Counted from the stretch's first letter, positions 51,317 through 61,491 are shown. The stretch: 64,000 bases of DNA from an uncultured virus (IMG/VR IMGVR_UViG_3300037459_000123) (IMGVR_UViG_3300037459_000123); one strand, 5' to 3'. Program-made: numbers and translations. The notes: a model not told the origin generated them from the letters alone.

Positions 51317-52848
51317 CCATCCCGCTCGCAGTCAGCCCCAGTCAGCTTACTCCGGGGCTTTACCTCGTGGTGGATCTGCTGGCGGGTGCGGCGTCCCCGG
51401 GTGGCGGCGCGCTCAAGGTCTCCATCATGGCTCCCAAGTCATCGGCGGGCGATCTCACCGATGACACCGAGGTACGTGCGGGTGGCGGTGCGGATACGGC
51501 GGCCACGGCATTCGGCACCGGATCGCTCGGGCATCTGTTGGCCAAACAGGTCTACGCCAAGTTCCCGGCAGCGGTGGTGGACTTCATTTCTCCTGTTTCT
51601 GGCTCGGGGTCGGCGACTCTAACCGTGACGACCAGCGGTGTGCCGACGTCGGACAACGTCATCGACGCGGACGTCATGGGGCGGACGTTCGAGGTTGCCT
51701 GGCTCGTGGGCGAGAGTGCGGACGATGTTCGCGACAAGATCGTGGATGCGATCAATCAGCGTACCGGCGATCTTGCGGTTACGGCAGCGGCCGGTGGTGC
51801 GGGTGAGACCGACATCGACGCCAAGACGGACGGCAATAGCGGAAACGATGTGCTGGTCAAGATGGTGCTTCGCCTCCCGCAATCCGGCAGCGAGGCGATC
51901 GCGGGCGCACCCACTTTCACGAATCTGGTGGGCGGCGTGACCGATCCCGATTTCACAATTGCGCTCTCCAACTTGCAGGGCGAGGAGTACCACTATATCG
52001 CGCCGGGCCTCTCCAACACGGACGTCGCCAACATCGCGACCACCAACAACGCCAAGCGCATCAAGGACCACATCAACGGTCTGAACACTGGCAAGGATGC
52101 GAAGCTCCAGCAGCAGGTGGTGGGCTTCACGGGCGCACTGGCGGCGGCGGTGGCGACTTCGGTGGACTCCGATTCGTTCGGCAACGACGAGACTGGAGAG
52201 CTTCTGCTCTGCATCAACGGGCGCAGCCTTCCGGCTGAGTTTGGCGGCCGTGAAGTGGGCGGACGGCTGGCGGCAATCAGCGTCGACCCGGCGGCGAACC
52301 GGATCGGAGAACTGCTCGACGGTGTTATAGGTGCGTTCGACAAGATCGCGGACAGGCCGTCACTCTCCGAGAGCGAGACGGCACTCGGCAACGGTGTGTC
52401 TCTGGTCAGCTACACGGCGCAGGGCTTGGAGACGCTTGTCCGGGCCATCACAACCCACAGCCAGGACAGTGCTGGCGGCCCTGATCGTCGGCTCCTGGAC
52501 ACCCAGAATGTGGACGGTGCGTACATCGTTGCCCGAGATATTCGGACCGCGCTGCCGCAGGAGTACCCGAACGCGAAGATCACCAAGGACACCGTCCCGG
52601 GCGAGGATCCGCCGCCCCAGGGGGTCATCGAGGAGCGCGACATCAAGACGTTCGTCCTCTCGCGTCTGCGATTCTTCCAGGTGGCCGGTGTGGTCACTCA
52701 GGCGTCCGTCGATGCTGCCGTCGCGGACGGTACGCTCATCGTTCAGGTCAATCCCTCGGACTCAACACAGGTTGATATCGTGATGCCATTCAGCATCGTC
52801 CCGCCGCTCGCCAAGACCGGTGTTGTGGCGCAACGGGTGCCGAACTAG
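51313..52848 (+). CDS. Contractile tail sheath (Mu gpL-like)
   Basis: TPGLY, FGTGS, ETALGNGVS, VRAITT, VQVNPSD. Confidence 0.9.
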   Translation: MTIPLAVSPSQLTPGLYLVVDLLAGAASPGGGALKVSIMAPKSSAGDLTDDTEVRAGGGADTAATAFGTGSLGHLLAKQVYAKFPAAVVDFISPVSGSGSATLTVTTSGVPTSDNVIDADVMGRTFEVAWLVGESADDVRDKIVDAINQRTGDLAVTAAAGGAGETDIDAKTDGNSGNDVLVKMVLRLPQSGSEAIAGAPTFTNLVGGVTDPDFTIALSNLQGEEYHYIAPGLSNTDVANIATTNNAKRIKDHINGLNTGKDAKLQQQVVGFTGALAAAVATSVDSDSFGNDETGELLLCINGRSLPAEFGGREVGGRLAAISVDPAANRIGELLDGVIGAFDKIADRPSLSESETALGNGVSLVSYTAQGLETLVRAITTHSQDSAGGPDRRLLDTQNVDGAYIVARDIRTALPQEYPNAKITKDTVPGEDPPPQGVIEERDIKTFVLSRLRFFQVAGVVTQASVDAAVADGTLIVQVNPSDSTQVDIVMPFSIVPPLAKTGVVAQRVPN

Positions 52849-52860
52849 GAGGACTGACCG

Positions 52861-53226
52861 ATGGCCGGGAAAATATACCCACGCGGACAAATCGCCCTTG
52901 GCTCGGGCGACCTGATCGACGTGACCAAGGTGAGCTACACGCACACCAACAACGCCAAGCAGGTCCACACGATCCGCCAGAAGGGCGCGGGCATCACGCT
53001 CGGCACCGAGGAGTCAACTGTCGGATTCGACGCGGCCATCTCGGCGGACGGCGCGGAGCGCGACTACTTCAAGGCGGTCAAGAAGGGCCTGATCCAAAAG
53101 CTGCGCATCAAGGTTCCGGGCGAGACCATCACGATCAACGGAGCGTTCAAGGATCGCAACTTCGAGCTACCCCTCGACACCGAGATCACGCTCGCCCTGA
53201 TGTTCATCGGTCACACCGAGGACTGA
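52861..53226 (+). CDS. Tail tube protein
   Basis: 121 aa beta protein directly after sheath, strong RBS. Confidence 0.8.
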   Translation: MAGKIYPRGQIALGSGDLIDVTKVSYTHTNNAKQVHTIRQKGAGITLGTEESTVGFDAAISADGAERDYFKAVKKGLIQKLRIKVPGETITINGAFKDRNFELPLDTEITLALMFIGHTED

Positions 53227-53258
53227 CACCCCCCTCGTCGGTTCGCTGGCGGGCTGCA

Positions 53259-53293
53259 CGGTCGTCTCCTACACGAGGCGGCCGTTTGCTTTT
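53259..53293 (+). terminator. Probable terminator after tail tube
   Basis: CGGTCGTCTC-loop-GAGGCGGCCG followed by TTTGCTTTT. Confidence 0.5.
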
Positions 53294-53336
53294 GTGGTAC
53301 TGTCGCGTCTGACCCGCTGGGGAGCAGGGAGAGATC

Positions 53337-53990
53337 ATGGGACGCAAGGTACTACCGTTGCTGCCGGAGTCAGTTCCGGAGCACGTCGCCGAGAGATTGA
53401 TTGGCCTGGACTGGGCTCAACTGGAGGTCGTCGAGCACGCGGGCTACCTGCTGTTCCCGGACAAGATTTACAAGGCGCAGAAGTCCGGCAAGTTCAAATC
53501 CGAGGACGTCATGCTGCGCGTCCCTCGTTGGAATGAGCAACGTCAGGCGCGAGTGAAGGCGCGTGAGTTGGCGGCCAGGGAGGGTATCGACGAGGAAAAG
53601 GATCGCGACCTGTTCGAGAACCTGGAGAACATGTGCATCATGGCGGTCGCGATTCGTTCGCCGACCGAGCCTTACGAGCCGTTTATCAGCGACGTCCAGG
53701 GAGGCGCGCTCGCGCTGGAGAAAACCTACGACGGACCAGGTCTCACGCAGATTTGGGAAAAGATCGACAAGCTCAACGACTTGATCAATCCCGCGCCTGA
53801 GGCAATTACAAAGGCGGAAATGGTCGCGTTGCTCGCCGCGATTTCGGAGGCTAGGAACATACTCCCTTTAGTCGCATACGCGCCGGGTGCGCAGGCTTTT
53901 TTCATAGTTACTATGGCCGACCTGCTGATGAGCTACTTGGATCCGAAGTCCTCATCGGAGTCGTCCGCGCTCTCGACTGCGGCGAGTTGA
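53337..53990 (+). CDS. Tail assembly chaperone (probable -1 frameshift extension to 54091)
   Basis: Between tube and tape measure; C CCT TTA at 53864-53870. Confidence 0.7.
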   Translation: MGRKVLPLLPESVPEHVAERLIGLDWAQLEVVEHAGYLLFPDKIYKAQKSGKFKSEDVMLRVPRWNEQRQARVKARELAAREGIDEEKDRDLFENLENMCIMAVAIRSPTEPYEPFISDVQGGALALEKTYDGPGLTQIWEKIDKLNDLINPAPEAITKAEMVALLAAISEARNILPLVAYAPGAQAFFIVTMADLLMSYLDPKSSSESSALSTAAS

Positions 53991-54077
53991 CCGTCGACCG
54001 GTTGATGCAGTTGATCGAAGGATCAGACCTGACAGCACTGACGAATCTGTGGGAGGATGCTAAAAAAGTAACCTCTC

Positions 54078-56054
54078 GTGGCGAGTCGTAACGCATCGAT
54101 CAGCATCACCCTGAACGCGGCCTCCTTTCAGGCGGGCCTGCGGAAGATGGGATCGTCGGTCAAGTCGATCTCCTCCCAGATGGGCACTGCGCTCAAGACG
54201 GGGATGGGGCGCGGTATCGCTGCGACTCGGAAGTCCCTGGCGTCGATGGGCGCGGGGATGAAAAACCTACTGAGCAAGATCGGCGGGTTGGCGTCGGCGG
54301 CCACAGTCGGCTTGCTCGTCCGGGACGCGGTGAAGATGAATCACCAATACCGGAACATCGCGTTCAACGTGAACAAGATCAAAGGCAACGCGATCAAGTG
54401 GCAGGAGGTGCAAAAGCTGGTCGAGGCGTCGGCGGAGGCGACTGGCCAGGACATCGGCGAGATGGCCAATGCGTTTGACACGGTGTTCGGAGCAACAGGT
54501 GAATTGGAGTTCACAAAAAAGGCCATACACGCGATCGGGGTCGTCGCGACAGCGACGGGTGAGAGCGTTACTGATGTTGCCCGAGCGGCCGAGTTGATCA
54601 CTCGAAAGTTCGATGTCAGTGGGGACGAACTCGCGGAGGGTCTGGTCCGGTTCATCGAAAAGACCGGCGTCGGCGGCAAGGGCCTGGACGAACTCTCTCG
54701 GAAGTTCGGTACCATGGCGGACTCCGCACAGGCGGTCGGGTTCAAGGGTCAGCAGGGGATCTCGGACCTGCTCGGGCTGATCAACACGCTGGACGCCAAG
54801 GTCGAGAACGTGGACGCGGGTCTCAAGGGCGTGTTCGAGGCGCTCAAGGATGGCACGTCGATGATGAAGTCGTTTGGTCTGGAGATGGAAAAGGCCAAGA
54901 CTGGGTTCGAGTTCGACCCGGGCTCCGGTGCCATCGACAAGATCCGGCAGATCCTCTCGGCTCAGTCGGAGCAGGTCCGCAAGTCAGCGACTGAGTTGAT
55001 ATTTACAGGTCCCGCACGGCTTGTGTTCGACGAGTTGGCCAAGACTTACACTCTCGCAAAGGACGCTGCGCTGGCGGATAAAGCGACGATCGAGGATGCG
55101 ACGTCTGCTGGACTTGCTGCGTTCGACAAGCGGCTGGAGGATGCTGGGAAGTCGATCATGACGTTCGACGATTTCTTGGAGGAGGCGAGCAAGCGGACCG
55201 AGGAGGATGTGACGGTTCAACTGCGTATCGCTATCAATCGGATGAAAAAGGCGTTCGCTCAGCCCGAGATGATTGCGGCGATCGAGTCCCTCGCCAAGCA
55301 TTTGCCGGAGATGGCCAAGGGCCTGGTCGACATGATTGAGTTCATTCGCGAGAAACCACTCCAGGCCGCTGCCATTGGTGTGGGCGCACACGCGGCGGTG
55401 TCCGGCACGGCGGCGCTCGGGGGTATGGGTTTAGCGGCCGCCGGTGGTCGGGTGGCGGCCGCCGGGAGAGGGGCAACAATGGCCGCCTCCGCCGCGCTGG
55501 CGGCAAAGGGGATTGCAGCAGGTGTGGCGGGTTCAATCGCAGCGGTGGTCGCGACAGTGCTTGCAGGGGTCGGGATTGGGGCTCTGATAGGTGCGGCGAT
55601 AGACAAGCTCGTGTTTCAGAAGGTTCGAGAGGAGGGAACAAAGGAGCGCGTGCGGCAGGTGGCATCGACTGAGGAAGCACTCGGAGCGGCGGTGACGGCG
55701 GGTGGTAAGGGTAAGACGGTCGCCCAGAAGCGCGCAATCGTGAACGTCCTCAAGGCGCAGCGGAGTATTGTTGAATCGCGGGACATCGGTGTGCTTGAGC
55801 AAACATTTTCTGGTGTCGGTGGAGCTTTTGCGGGGACCAAGTCGGCCGAGGAGCAAAAGGCCGAGGAAATTGCAAATCTGTTAGAGGCACAAAAGAAGCT
55901 GGAGGAATCGATTCGGCTGGTTGAGCGTGCCAACCGTATGCAAGCGGAAGCGGCCGAGCGCGCTGCAAAGGCGCAGGACAAAGCCACGGCGGCGCGTGGG
56001 CCTGCTCCGATCCCCGAGGCAGAGCCCGGCGCGAACCCACCGGGGAGTCGCTAG
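54078..56054 (+). CDS. Tape measure protein
   Basis: Ala/Gly-rich helical protein with hydrophobic C-terminal segments; synteny. Confidence 0.85.
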   Translation: MASRNASISITLNAASFQAGLRKMGSSVKSISSQMGTALKTGMGRGIAATRKSLASMGAGMKNLLSKIGGLASAATVGLLVRDAVKMNHQYRNIAFNVNKIKGNAIKWQEVQKLVEASAEATGQDIGEMANAFDTVFGATGELEFTKKAIHAIGVVATATGESVTDVARAAELITRKFDVSGDELAEGLVRFIEKTGVGGKGLDELSRKFGTMADSAQAVGFKGQQGISDLLGLINTLDAKVENVDAGLKGVFEALKDGTSMMKSFGLEMEKAKTGFEFDPGSGAIDKIRQILSAQSEQVRKSATELIFTGPARLVFDELAKTYTLAKDAALADKATIEDATSAGLAAFDKRLEDAGKSIMTFDDFLEEASKRTEEDVTVQLRIAINRMKKAFAQPEMIAAIESLAKHLPEMAKGLVDMIEFIREKPLQAAAIGVGAHAAVSGTAALGGMGLAAAGGRVAAAGRGATMAASAALAAKGIAAGVAGSIAAVVATVLAGVGIGALIGAAIDKLVFQKVREEGTKERVRQVASTEEALGAAVTAGGKGKTVAQKRAIVNVLKAQRSIVESRDIGVLEQTFSGVGGAFAGTKSAEEQKAEEIANLLEAQKKLEESIRLVERANRMQAEAAERAAKAQDKATAARGPAPIPEAEPGANPPGSR

Positions 56055-57077
56055 ATGGGCCAGGAGAACGAGAGGGATCCAGGTCCCGGACGGGCAGCGT
56101 TCGATCAGCACTCGGCGCTCCAGGATCAGGCCGACCCGGTATTTCCCAAGTACGTGGTGGCGTCCTGGAAGGTGGGCAGCAGCCCCGAGCGTGCGTTCCC
56201 TGCCATCATTATCAACGAGAGCGGGGAGAATCGGATAGTGGAGCGTGATCGTCCGTACCGCGATGGTGCGAAGCTGGACGATATTGGCAGCAGGGCAAAG
56301 CGGTGGACGATCCAGGTGATTTTCAACAACTCGGTCGACGAGCCGGACATGTCCGCACTCAACGACAACCTCCCGCTGTATCCGGACATTCTCACCGAAC
56401 TCATCGAGTCGTTTCTGCAACACGAGACCGGCGACCTTTCGATCCCGACGGTCGGCACCATCCGCGCCCGCGCGTCGACCTACTCGCGCAAGGAATCGTT
56501 CGACGCGCAGGACGAGGCAATGGTCTCGTTTACGTTCATCGAGGACAACGAGGACGCGCTCACTGCAATGCCGAACCCGCCGACGGTACACGCGAACGCG
56601 ACACGGCTCGCACTGCAAGCGACGTTCGACGTTCAGAGCATCGGAAGCTGGGAGCAGACGCTTGCCGATCTCGAATCGCTGATGGTGGACATCGAGAACT
56701 TGGCGGCTGCACCGGGTGAGTTTCTCCAGGATCTCGATCGTGCTGCCAGTCAGGTGCTCGATATCGTAGACGCGGCGATCCGTCTTCTGAGCAACCCGGG
56801 CAAGCCATCGAGGGACACACTCACGCGTCCAAGTGGTTCGAGGACCGAGCGCAAGCTCGTCCGCATCAAGGAGATGGCCGGGCGTGCGCTGCTCCAGAAT
56901 CGGGCCAACCGGCCGCGGATTCAAACGGTCATCGTCACCGAGGACACATCCCTGATCTCGATCTCGAATGCGTTGGAGCAACGGTATTTCGATCTGCTGG
57001 AGATCAATCCGCAGTTGGAGAACCCGGCGGACATTCCCAAGGGCACGACCGTCAAGGTATTCGCCCCAGATGCCTAG
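56055..57077 (+). CDS. Mu gpN-like DNA circularization/tail protein with LysM-like C-terminus
   Basis: RIVERDRPYRDGAKLDDIG; LLEINPQLENPADIPKG. Confidence 0.8.
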   Translation: MGQENERDPGPGRAAFDQHSALQDQADPVFPKYVVASWKVGSSPERAFPAIIINESGENRIVERDRPYRDGAKLDDIGSRAKRWTIQVIFNNSVDEPDMSALNDNLPLYPDILTELIESFLQHETGDLSIPTVGTIRARASTYSRKESFDAQDEAMVSFTFIEDNEDALTAMPNPPTVHANATRLALQATFDVQSIGSWEQTLADLESLMVDIENLAAAPGEFLQDLDRAASQVLDIVDAAIRLLSNPGKPSRDTLTRPSGSRTERKLVRIKEMAGRALLQNRANRPRIQTVIVTEDTSLISISNALEQRYFDLLEINPQLENPADIPKGTTVKVFAPDA

Positions 57078-58221
57078 ACCGATCGACGCTGTCCGGGTCG
57101 AGGTTGTGGGGACCTCGGGGCGCAAGGGTGTGATTGAAAACTTCACGAGCATGGAGATCACGCAGGACATCACCATGCCCGCGGAGGCCGCGTTCGAGTT
57201 GGGCAACGATGGCGCCTGGGATGAGATCGAGGATCAGGTCGGGCCGGGCGCCGAGTACAAGGTGATGATCAATGACCGGCCGGTGGTGACTGGCCGCGTG
57301 GAAGCCAACGACGTTCCGCTCGACACGTCGGCGGGGTCGATCGTTCGATTCACAGTGCGCTCGAAGCTTTCGGATGCGATGTTCGCGAGCGCCTGGCCCA
57401 AGATCAAAGTGAAGGACTCAACGCTGCGCGAGTTCATCCTCAAGGTGTACGAGCCGTTGGGGTACGTGGAGGCCGATTTCATCGGGATGGATACTGAAAA
57501 GGATCCTGCGGTTGCCCGGGATCTTGTGACAGGGAAGCGGTCCAGGAACAAAGGCGAGCCGAGACAGGTGGCGGTATCTCGGATCAAAGTAAGTGAGGCG
57601 CGCGTCAAGCCGCCGGAGTCTGTCTACGCGGCGGCGGATCGACACCTGCGCCGCTTCGGGTTCATGCATTGGGATGTTGGTGATGGGCGCATTGTGATCA
57701 GCGCGCCAAATGACACCCAGGACCCTCAATATTTTTTCAACATGAAGCGACGGGATTCGGGCAACAACAACATCCTCAAGGCGACTCGGGTTCAGGACTT
57801 TTCTGGGATTCCTACCTCCCTCGGCGTGTATGGAGTCGGTGGTCAACGCAACTTCTCAAAGGCGCGAGTTGGTCATATTGAGTTGGACGATGATGTGATC
57901 GCGGCAGGGTTCTACCGCCCGGTGATCATCATCGCCGAGGGTATCAAGCGCCAGGATATTGCTGAGCGGACAGCGGCGCGGGAGTTGTCGGCTCGCCAAA
58001 AGATGAAGGACAACTGGAATATCGAGGTAGACGGATTCTCGTATTGGGATAGTCAGACTCCGACGAACTACGCAACGGACACCGTTGCTCAAGTGGAAAC
58101 TGACGTTGCGGGTGGTAACCTCGGGGCCTACTACATCCACCGGGTGACGATGAGGCGCGGACCTGATCAGGGGGACGTCACCAGTCTCACCATGTTGCGA
58201 CGAGGGATTTGGAAGCTATGA
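57070..58221 (+). CDS. Baseplate hub (Mu gpP-like)
   Basis: Synteny; VVTGRVE, DGRIVI, YRPVII. Confidence 0.8.
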   Translation: MPRPIDAVRVEVVGTSGRKGVIENFTSMEITQDITMPAEAAFELGNDGAWDEIEDQVGPGAEYKVMINDRPVVTGRVEANDVPLDTSAGSIVRFTVRSKLSDAMFASAWPKIKVKDSTLREFILKVYEPLGYVEADFIGMDTEKDPAVARDLVTGKRSRNKGEPRQVAVSRIKVSEARVKPPESVYAAADRHLRRFGFMHWDVGDGRIVISAPNDTQDPQYFFNMKRRDSGNNNILKATRVQDFSGIPTSLGVYGVGGQRNFSKARVGHIELDDDVIAAGFYRPVIIIAEGIKRQDIAERTAARELSARQKMKDNWNIEVDGFSYWDSQTPTNYATDTVAQVETDVAGGNLGAYYIHRVTMRRGPDQGDVTSLTMLRRGIWKL

Positions 58222-59042
58222 CGCGCGGTCAAGGTCGCAGGAGCCAAGACACGGGTGGCGGGAGCGGCATCGAGACTGATGCTGATTTCGTGGTGCGATT
58301 CTCCAGGGTCATTTCGTCCAGCCTGGCTGCTGAGAATCAAGCGCTCCAGTACAACGTCGAGGGGCTCATCGGGTTCGACGTGACGGGGGAGAATCTCGTG
58401 TTCGAGCCCGAGAGTGGAGAGGCTACAGAGGCAGCGGAAGTATTCGGCCAGCTTGGAGTTGTGGCCCGGCCGCTGCCGCCGGAGTCGGCCGGGGGTGTCG
58501 ACGAACACCTGGAGGTAGTCTGTATACGCACCACAGACGCTCTAATCCCCATCGCGCACCGAGACGTACGCCTCAAGATGCAGGGCGGGGCGGCCCCTGG
58601 GCAGGGTGTGGTGGCCCTCCTGGGGTACGGTGGCGGCTTTCACTCGCTCTCCCCGGTGGCTGATGGAACCGATCTCGACGGCGGGGGGACGATTCACGTC
58701 ATCTATTGCCCGTTCGATTTCGACTCCGATGGGGTCGCACAGAAGGCGCACAGCATCACCATGGACCCGACGCCGGGCAACGAGAGTATGAGCCTCGTCC
58801 ACGCTGATGGGATGGCGGTGCTGATGTTCGATGACAAGCTCACGCTCCGGAGCAATGACGGTAGCGGATACATCGAGTTGAGCGGCTCCGATGTGGTCAT
58901 CAACGGCAACGTGTCGATTGTTGGTGCATTGAAAATCGGAGACATAGGGCTGGGGCCGTTGTTTCCTGTCGCGCTCGTGGGCTTTCCACCTGGGACACCG
59001 CTTTTGGGCGGGCCTTCGGTTCTAGCATCGTCGGCGGGATGA
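58218..59042 (+). CDS. Baseplate spike (Mu gp45/gpV-like)
   Basis: FGQLGVVARP OB-fold segment followed by beta-helix-like strands. Confidence 0.75.
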   Translation: MTRGQGRRSQDTGGGSGIETDADFVVRFSRVISSSLAAENQALQYNVEGLIGFDVTGENLVFEPESGEATEAAEVFGQLGVVARPLPPESAGGVDEHLEVVCIRTTDALIPIAHRDVRLKMQGGAAPGQGVVALLGYGGGFHSLSPVADGTDLDGGGTIHVIYCPFDFDSDGVAQKAHSITMDPTPGNESMSLVHADGMAVLMFDDKLTLRSNDGSGYIELSGSDVVINGNVSIVGALKIGDIGLGPLFPVALVGFPPGTPLLGGPSVLASSAG

Positions 59043-59043
59043 G

Positions 59044-59358
59044 ATGGCAAGCAACTGCGCGTTTCCTGCGCTCGGGTTTTCGTTTGCGATCCCCGGCTTG
59101 CCGATCCCCGGCTTGCCGACGTTGCCGATCCCCCCGATCCAGATCGACCTCCCTGGGATCCCGTCGCTTGCGTTCTCCTTTGCGATCCCTGGTCTGCCGA
59201 TCCCGGGTCTGCCCTCGCTGCCGATCCCCCCGATCCAGGTAGACCTCCCAGGCATTCCGTCGCTTGCGTTTTCGTTTGCGATCCCGGGCCTGCCGATCCC
59301 GGGTTTACCCACGTTGGCGTTCGGACCGGTACTCTTCTGTCCACTGGATCCGCCATGA
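59044..59358 (+). CDS. Pro/Ile/Leu-rich tandem-repeat protein
   Basis: About 2.6 copies of a 32-aa repeat; Cys near both ends. Confidence 0.65.
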   Translation: MASNCAFPALGFSFAIPGLPIPGLPTLPIPPIQIDLPGIPSLAFSFAIPGLPIPGLPSLPIPPIQVDLPGIPSLAFSFAIPGLPIPGLPTLAFGPVLFCPLDPP

Positions 59359-59398
59359 GGAGTCAACATGTTTACTCCTGCGTGGTAGGCTGACGTCC

Positions 59399-59848
59399 GT
59401 GACTGAGACCACGACGGGCGCGCTGGGCTTTTTCATCAAGGCCCCTGGAGAGTTGGGGCCGCCTAGCCCACTGACGGCGGACAACATTGATCCCACGACA
59501 CGGGACTTTGCATCGCTCACCGAGGGTGCGGACGTAATCGATGCACAGGTGCAGTTGGCGATGACCACCGTTCGCAACTCGGGGCCGAGTGTGGAAAATG
59601 ACGGTATTCGGATCACGTCGACCAAGATGGATGCAGGGCTCCAGCGCCGTATGGAGTCCGATGTTCGTCTTGCTCTCCGCAGACTTGTGCGTCAAAGGGA
59701 TATTCGGATCACGTCGGTTGTGTTCGATGAGGTTGACGAGGCCAACCAGTTCGCTCAGATTCGGGTTCGGTATCAGAACCTCCGCGCTATCAGCCAACGA
59801 TCGCGGACTGCTCACGTACCGGTTCCGGGACAGAAGGCAGCGGCCTGA
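59399..59848 (+). CDS. Baseplate wedge (gp25/Mu gp46-like)
   Basis: VRLALRRLV, IRVRYQNL; precedes baseplate J. Confidence 0.7.
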   Translation: MTETTTGALGFFIKAPGELGPPSPLTADNIDPTTRDFASLTEGADVIDAQVQLAMTTVRNSGPSVENDGIRITSTKMDAGLQRRMESDVRLALRRLVRQRDIRITSVVFDEVDEANQFAQIRVRYQNLRAISQRSRTAHVPVPGQKAAA

Positions 59849-61482
59849 TGGTTACAGCGGCAGACGAAAGGGAGTTTGAAACGTTCCTGCGCGGGCAGGT
59901 GCGCGACGAGATCATCCTGAGTTTCTACCGCAACGCGCTCCGCACGCAGATCAATCCGGAGACCAAGCAGACTTTCACCGAGGACGAAATTCAGATCGCC
60001 ACGCAGCCGGGCTCCCGGTTTTACGTCGAGGCGGATGCGATCGACCTCTACGGGATGACAATGCAGGCGCGCGCGTTGTCGTTTTCCGATCAGGTCGACC
60101 CGAGGCGAGCCAACACACGATTTCTTGAGGAGCATCACGGCAAGATCTGGTTGGGTGAGGACAGCAGACTCAAGGCGGTCGGCGCGTCGGGGCCGGTGCT
60201 CGCTAAGGGGACGCCGGGTACAACCTACATCGGCTCCACCACCATTGGAGATCCGGTGGCGGTCGTCGGTACGGATCCGAACGGGCTCCGATACCAAGTG
60301 CTGTTTACGGACACGATCCCGGCAAGCGGCGAACTCGAACTGACGATCAAGGGGATCGATACCGGATTCGTGACCAATCAGGCAGTGGGCACTGTCATCA
60401 CCTGGAGTGAGAACGTTCCGTTGGGATCGGAGCCACAGGCGGCGGTCATCGAGCAGGTGGGCAAGCCTGGCGTCGGCCTCGATGGAGGATTCGACCGGGA
60501 GAATAACGACGAGTACGGCGTCCGCATCGAGGACCGGATCAAGAACCGACCTGCGAGCGGCAACGCCAACCACTTCCGGGCGTGGGCGCGACAGGCCACC
60601 ACGGCGACCGAGGATGCGTTCATCTACCCGGCGGTGTTGGCGGCGGGCTCGGTGGTGGTCAGTCCGACTCAGAAGCGCAACCAGAACGCCACGGACGGCC
60701 CCAACGCCCGCATCATGTCGGCGGGTACCCTCCTGGACGTCAGCAGTTTCCTGACGCCTCCGGGCAGCCCTGTGGTCCCCCAGCGGGTGTTTGTCTTGGT
60801 CGTGACCCCCAACCCCCAGGAGAGCGACATCGTCGTACGTCTGTCGATGAGCAAGGGTGGCGGCGCGGGCTGGGCAGATGTGGAGCCTTGGCCCGAACCG
60901 ACCCTCCCGGCCGACCCGACTGCTATCGAGCAGGTCAAGATCTCAGCGGTGACATCACAAACCGAGTTCGACATCACAACCTCAATCCCGTTGCCGGGTG
61001 TAGGTGTGGGTATTCTGTCCGGCGACGATGCCCCTCAGTTGATGGTGTGGGACAAGAGCATTAGTCGATTCGAGGAGTTGGACGTCTTGTCGGTGGAGCA
61101 GTTTGGCGCGCTGGCCACGGTCATTCTCAACACCGCACCTGACAGGACGTTGGCAATCGGAGACCGTATCTCCCCGTTCACCGACCGGTTGGACATCATC
61201 GCCGAGACCACTGAGGACTATTTCGACAGCCTCGGCCCGGGTCAGTTGGTACAGGCGACGGATCCCCGGTTCTCGCGCTCGGGACGGCGGCCTCTTCCGG
61301 CCGACCGGTTCCCAATTCGGGCAGGCGCGGCGCTCATCAGTCGGATCGAGGACGCGCTTGGTGGTGTGGCGCCGGATGGTGACCTCACGGCGATCAGTCG
61401 CAATGAGCCGGACATTCCGTCGGACATCTCGGACGGGCCGAACCTTGTCACCCTGGGTGATTTCAACATCTACCCGTTGTAG
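59848..61482 (+). CDS. Baseplate J-like protein (Mu gp47)
   Basis: GGFDRENND..RPASGNANHFRAWA. Confidence 0.85.
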   Translation: MVTAADEREFETFLRGQVRDEIILSFYRNALRTQINPETKQTFTEDEIQIATQPGSRFYVEADAIDLYGMTMQARALSFSDQVDPRRANTRFLEEHHGKIWLGEDSRLKAVGASGPVLAKGTPGTTYIGSTTIGDPVAVVGTDPNGLRYQVLFTDTIPASGELELTIKGIDTGFVTNQAVGTVITWSENVPLGSEPQAAVIEQVGKPGVGLDGGFDRENNDEYGVRIEDRIKNRPASGNANHFRAWARQATTATEDAFIYPAVLAAGSVVVSPTQKRNQNATDGPNARIMSAGTLLDVSSFLTPPGSPVVPQRVFVLVVTPNPQESDIVVRLSMSKGGGAGWADVEPWPEPTLPADPTAIEQVKISAVTSQTEFDITTSIPLPGVGVGILSGDDAPQLMVWDKSISRFEELDVLSVEQFGALATVILNTAPDRTLAIGDRISPFTDRLDIIAETTEDYFDSLGPGQLVQATDPRFSRSGRRPLPADRFPIRAGAALISRIEDALGGVAPDGDLTAISRNEPDIPSDISDGPNLVTLGDFNIYPL

Positions 61483-61491
61483 GAGACGTGC

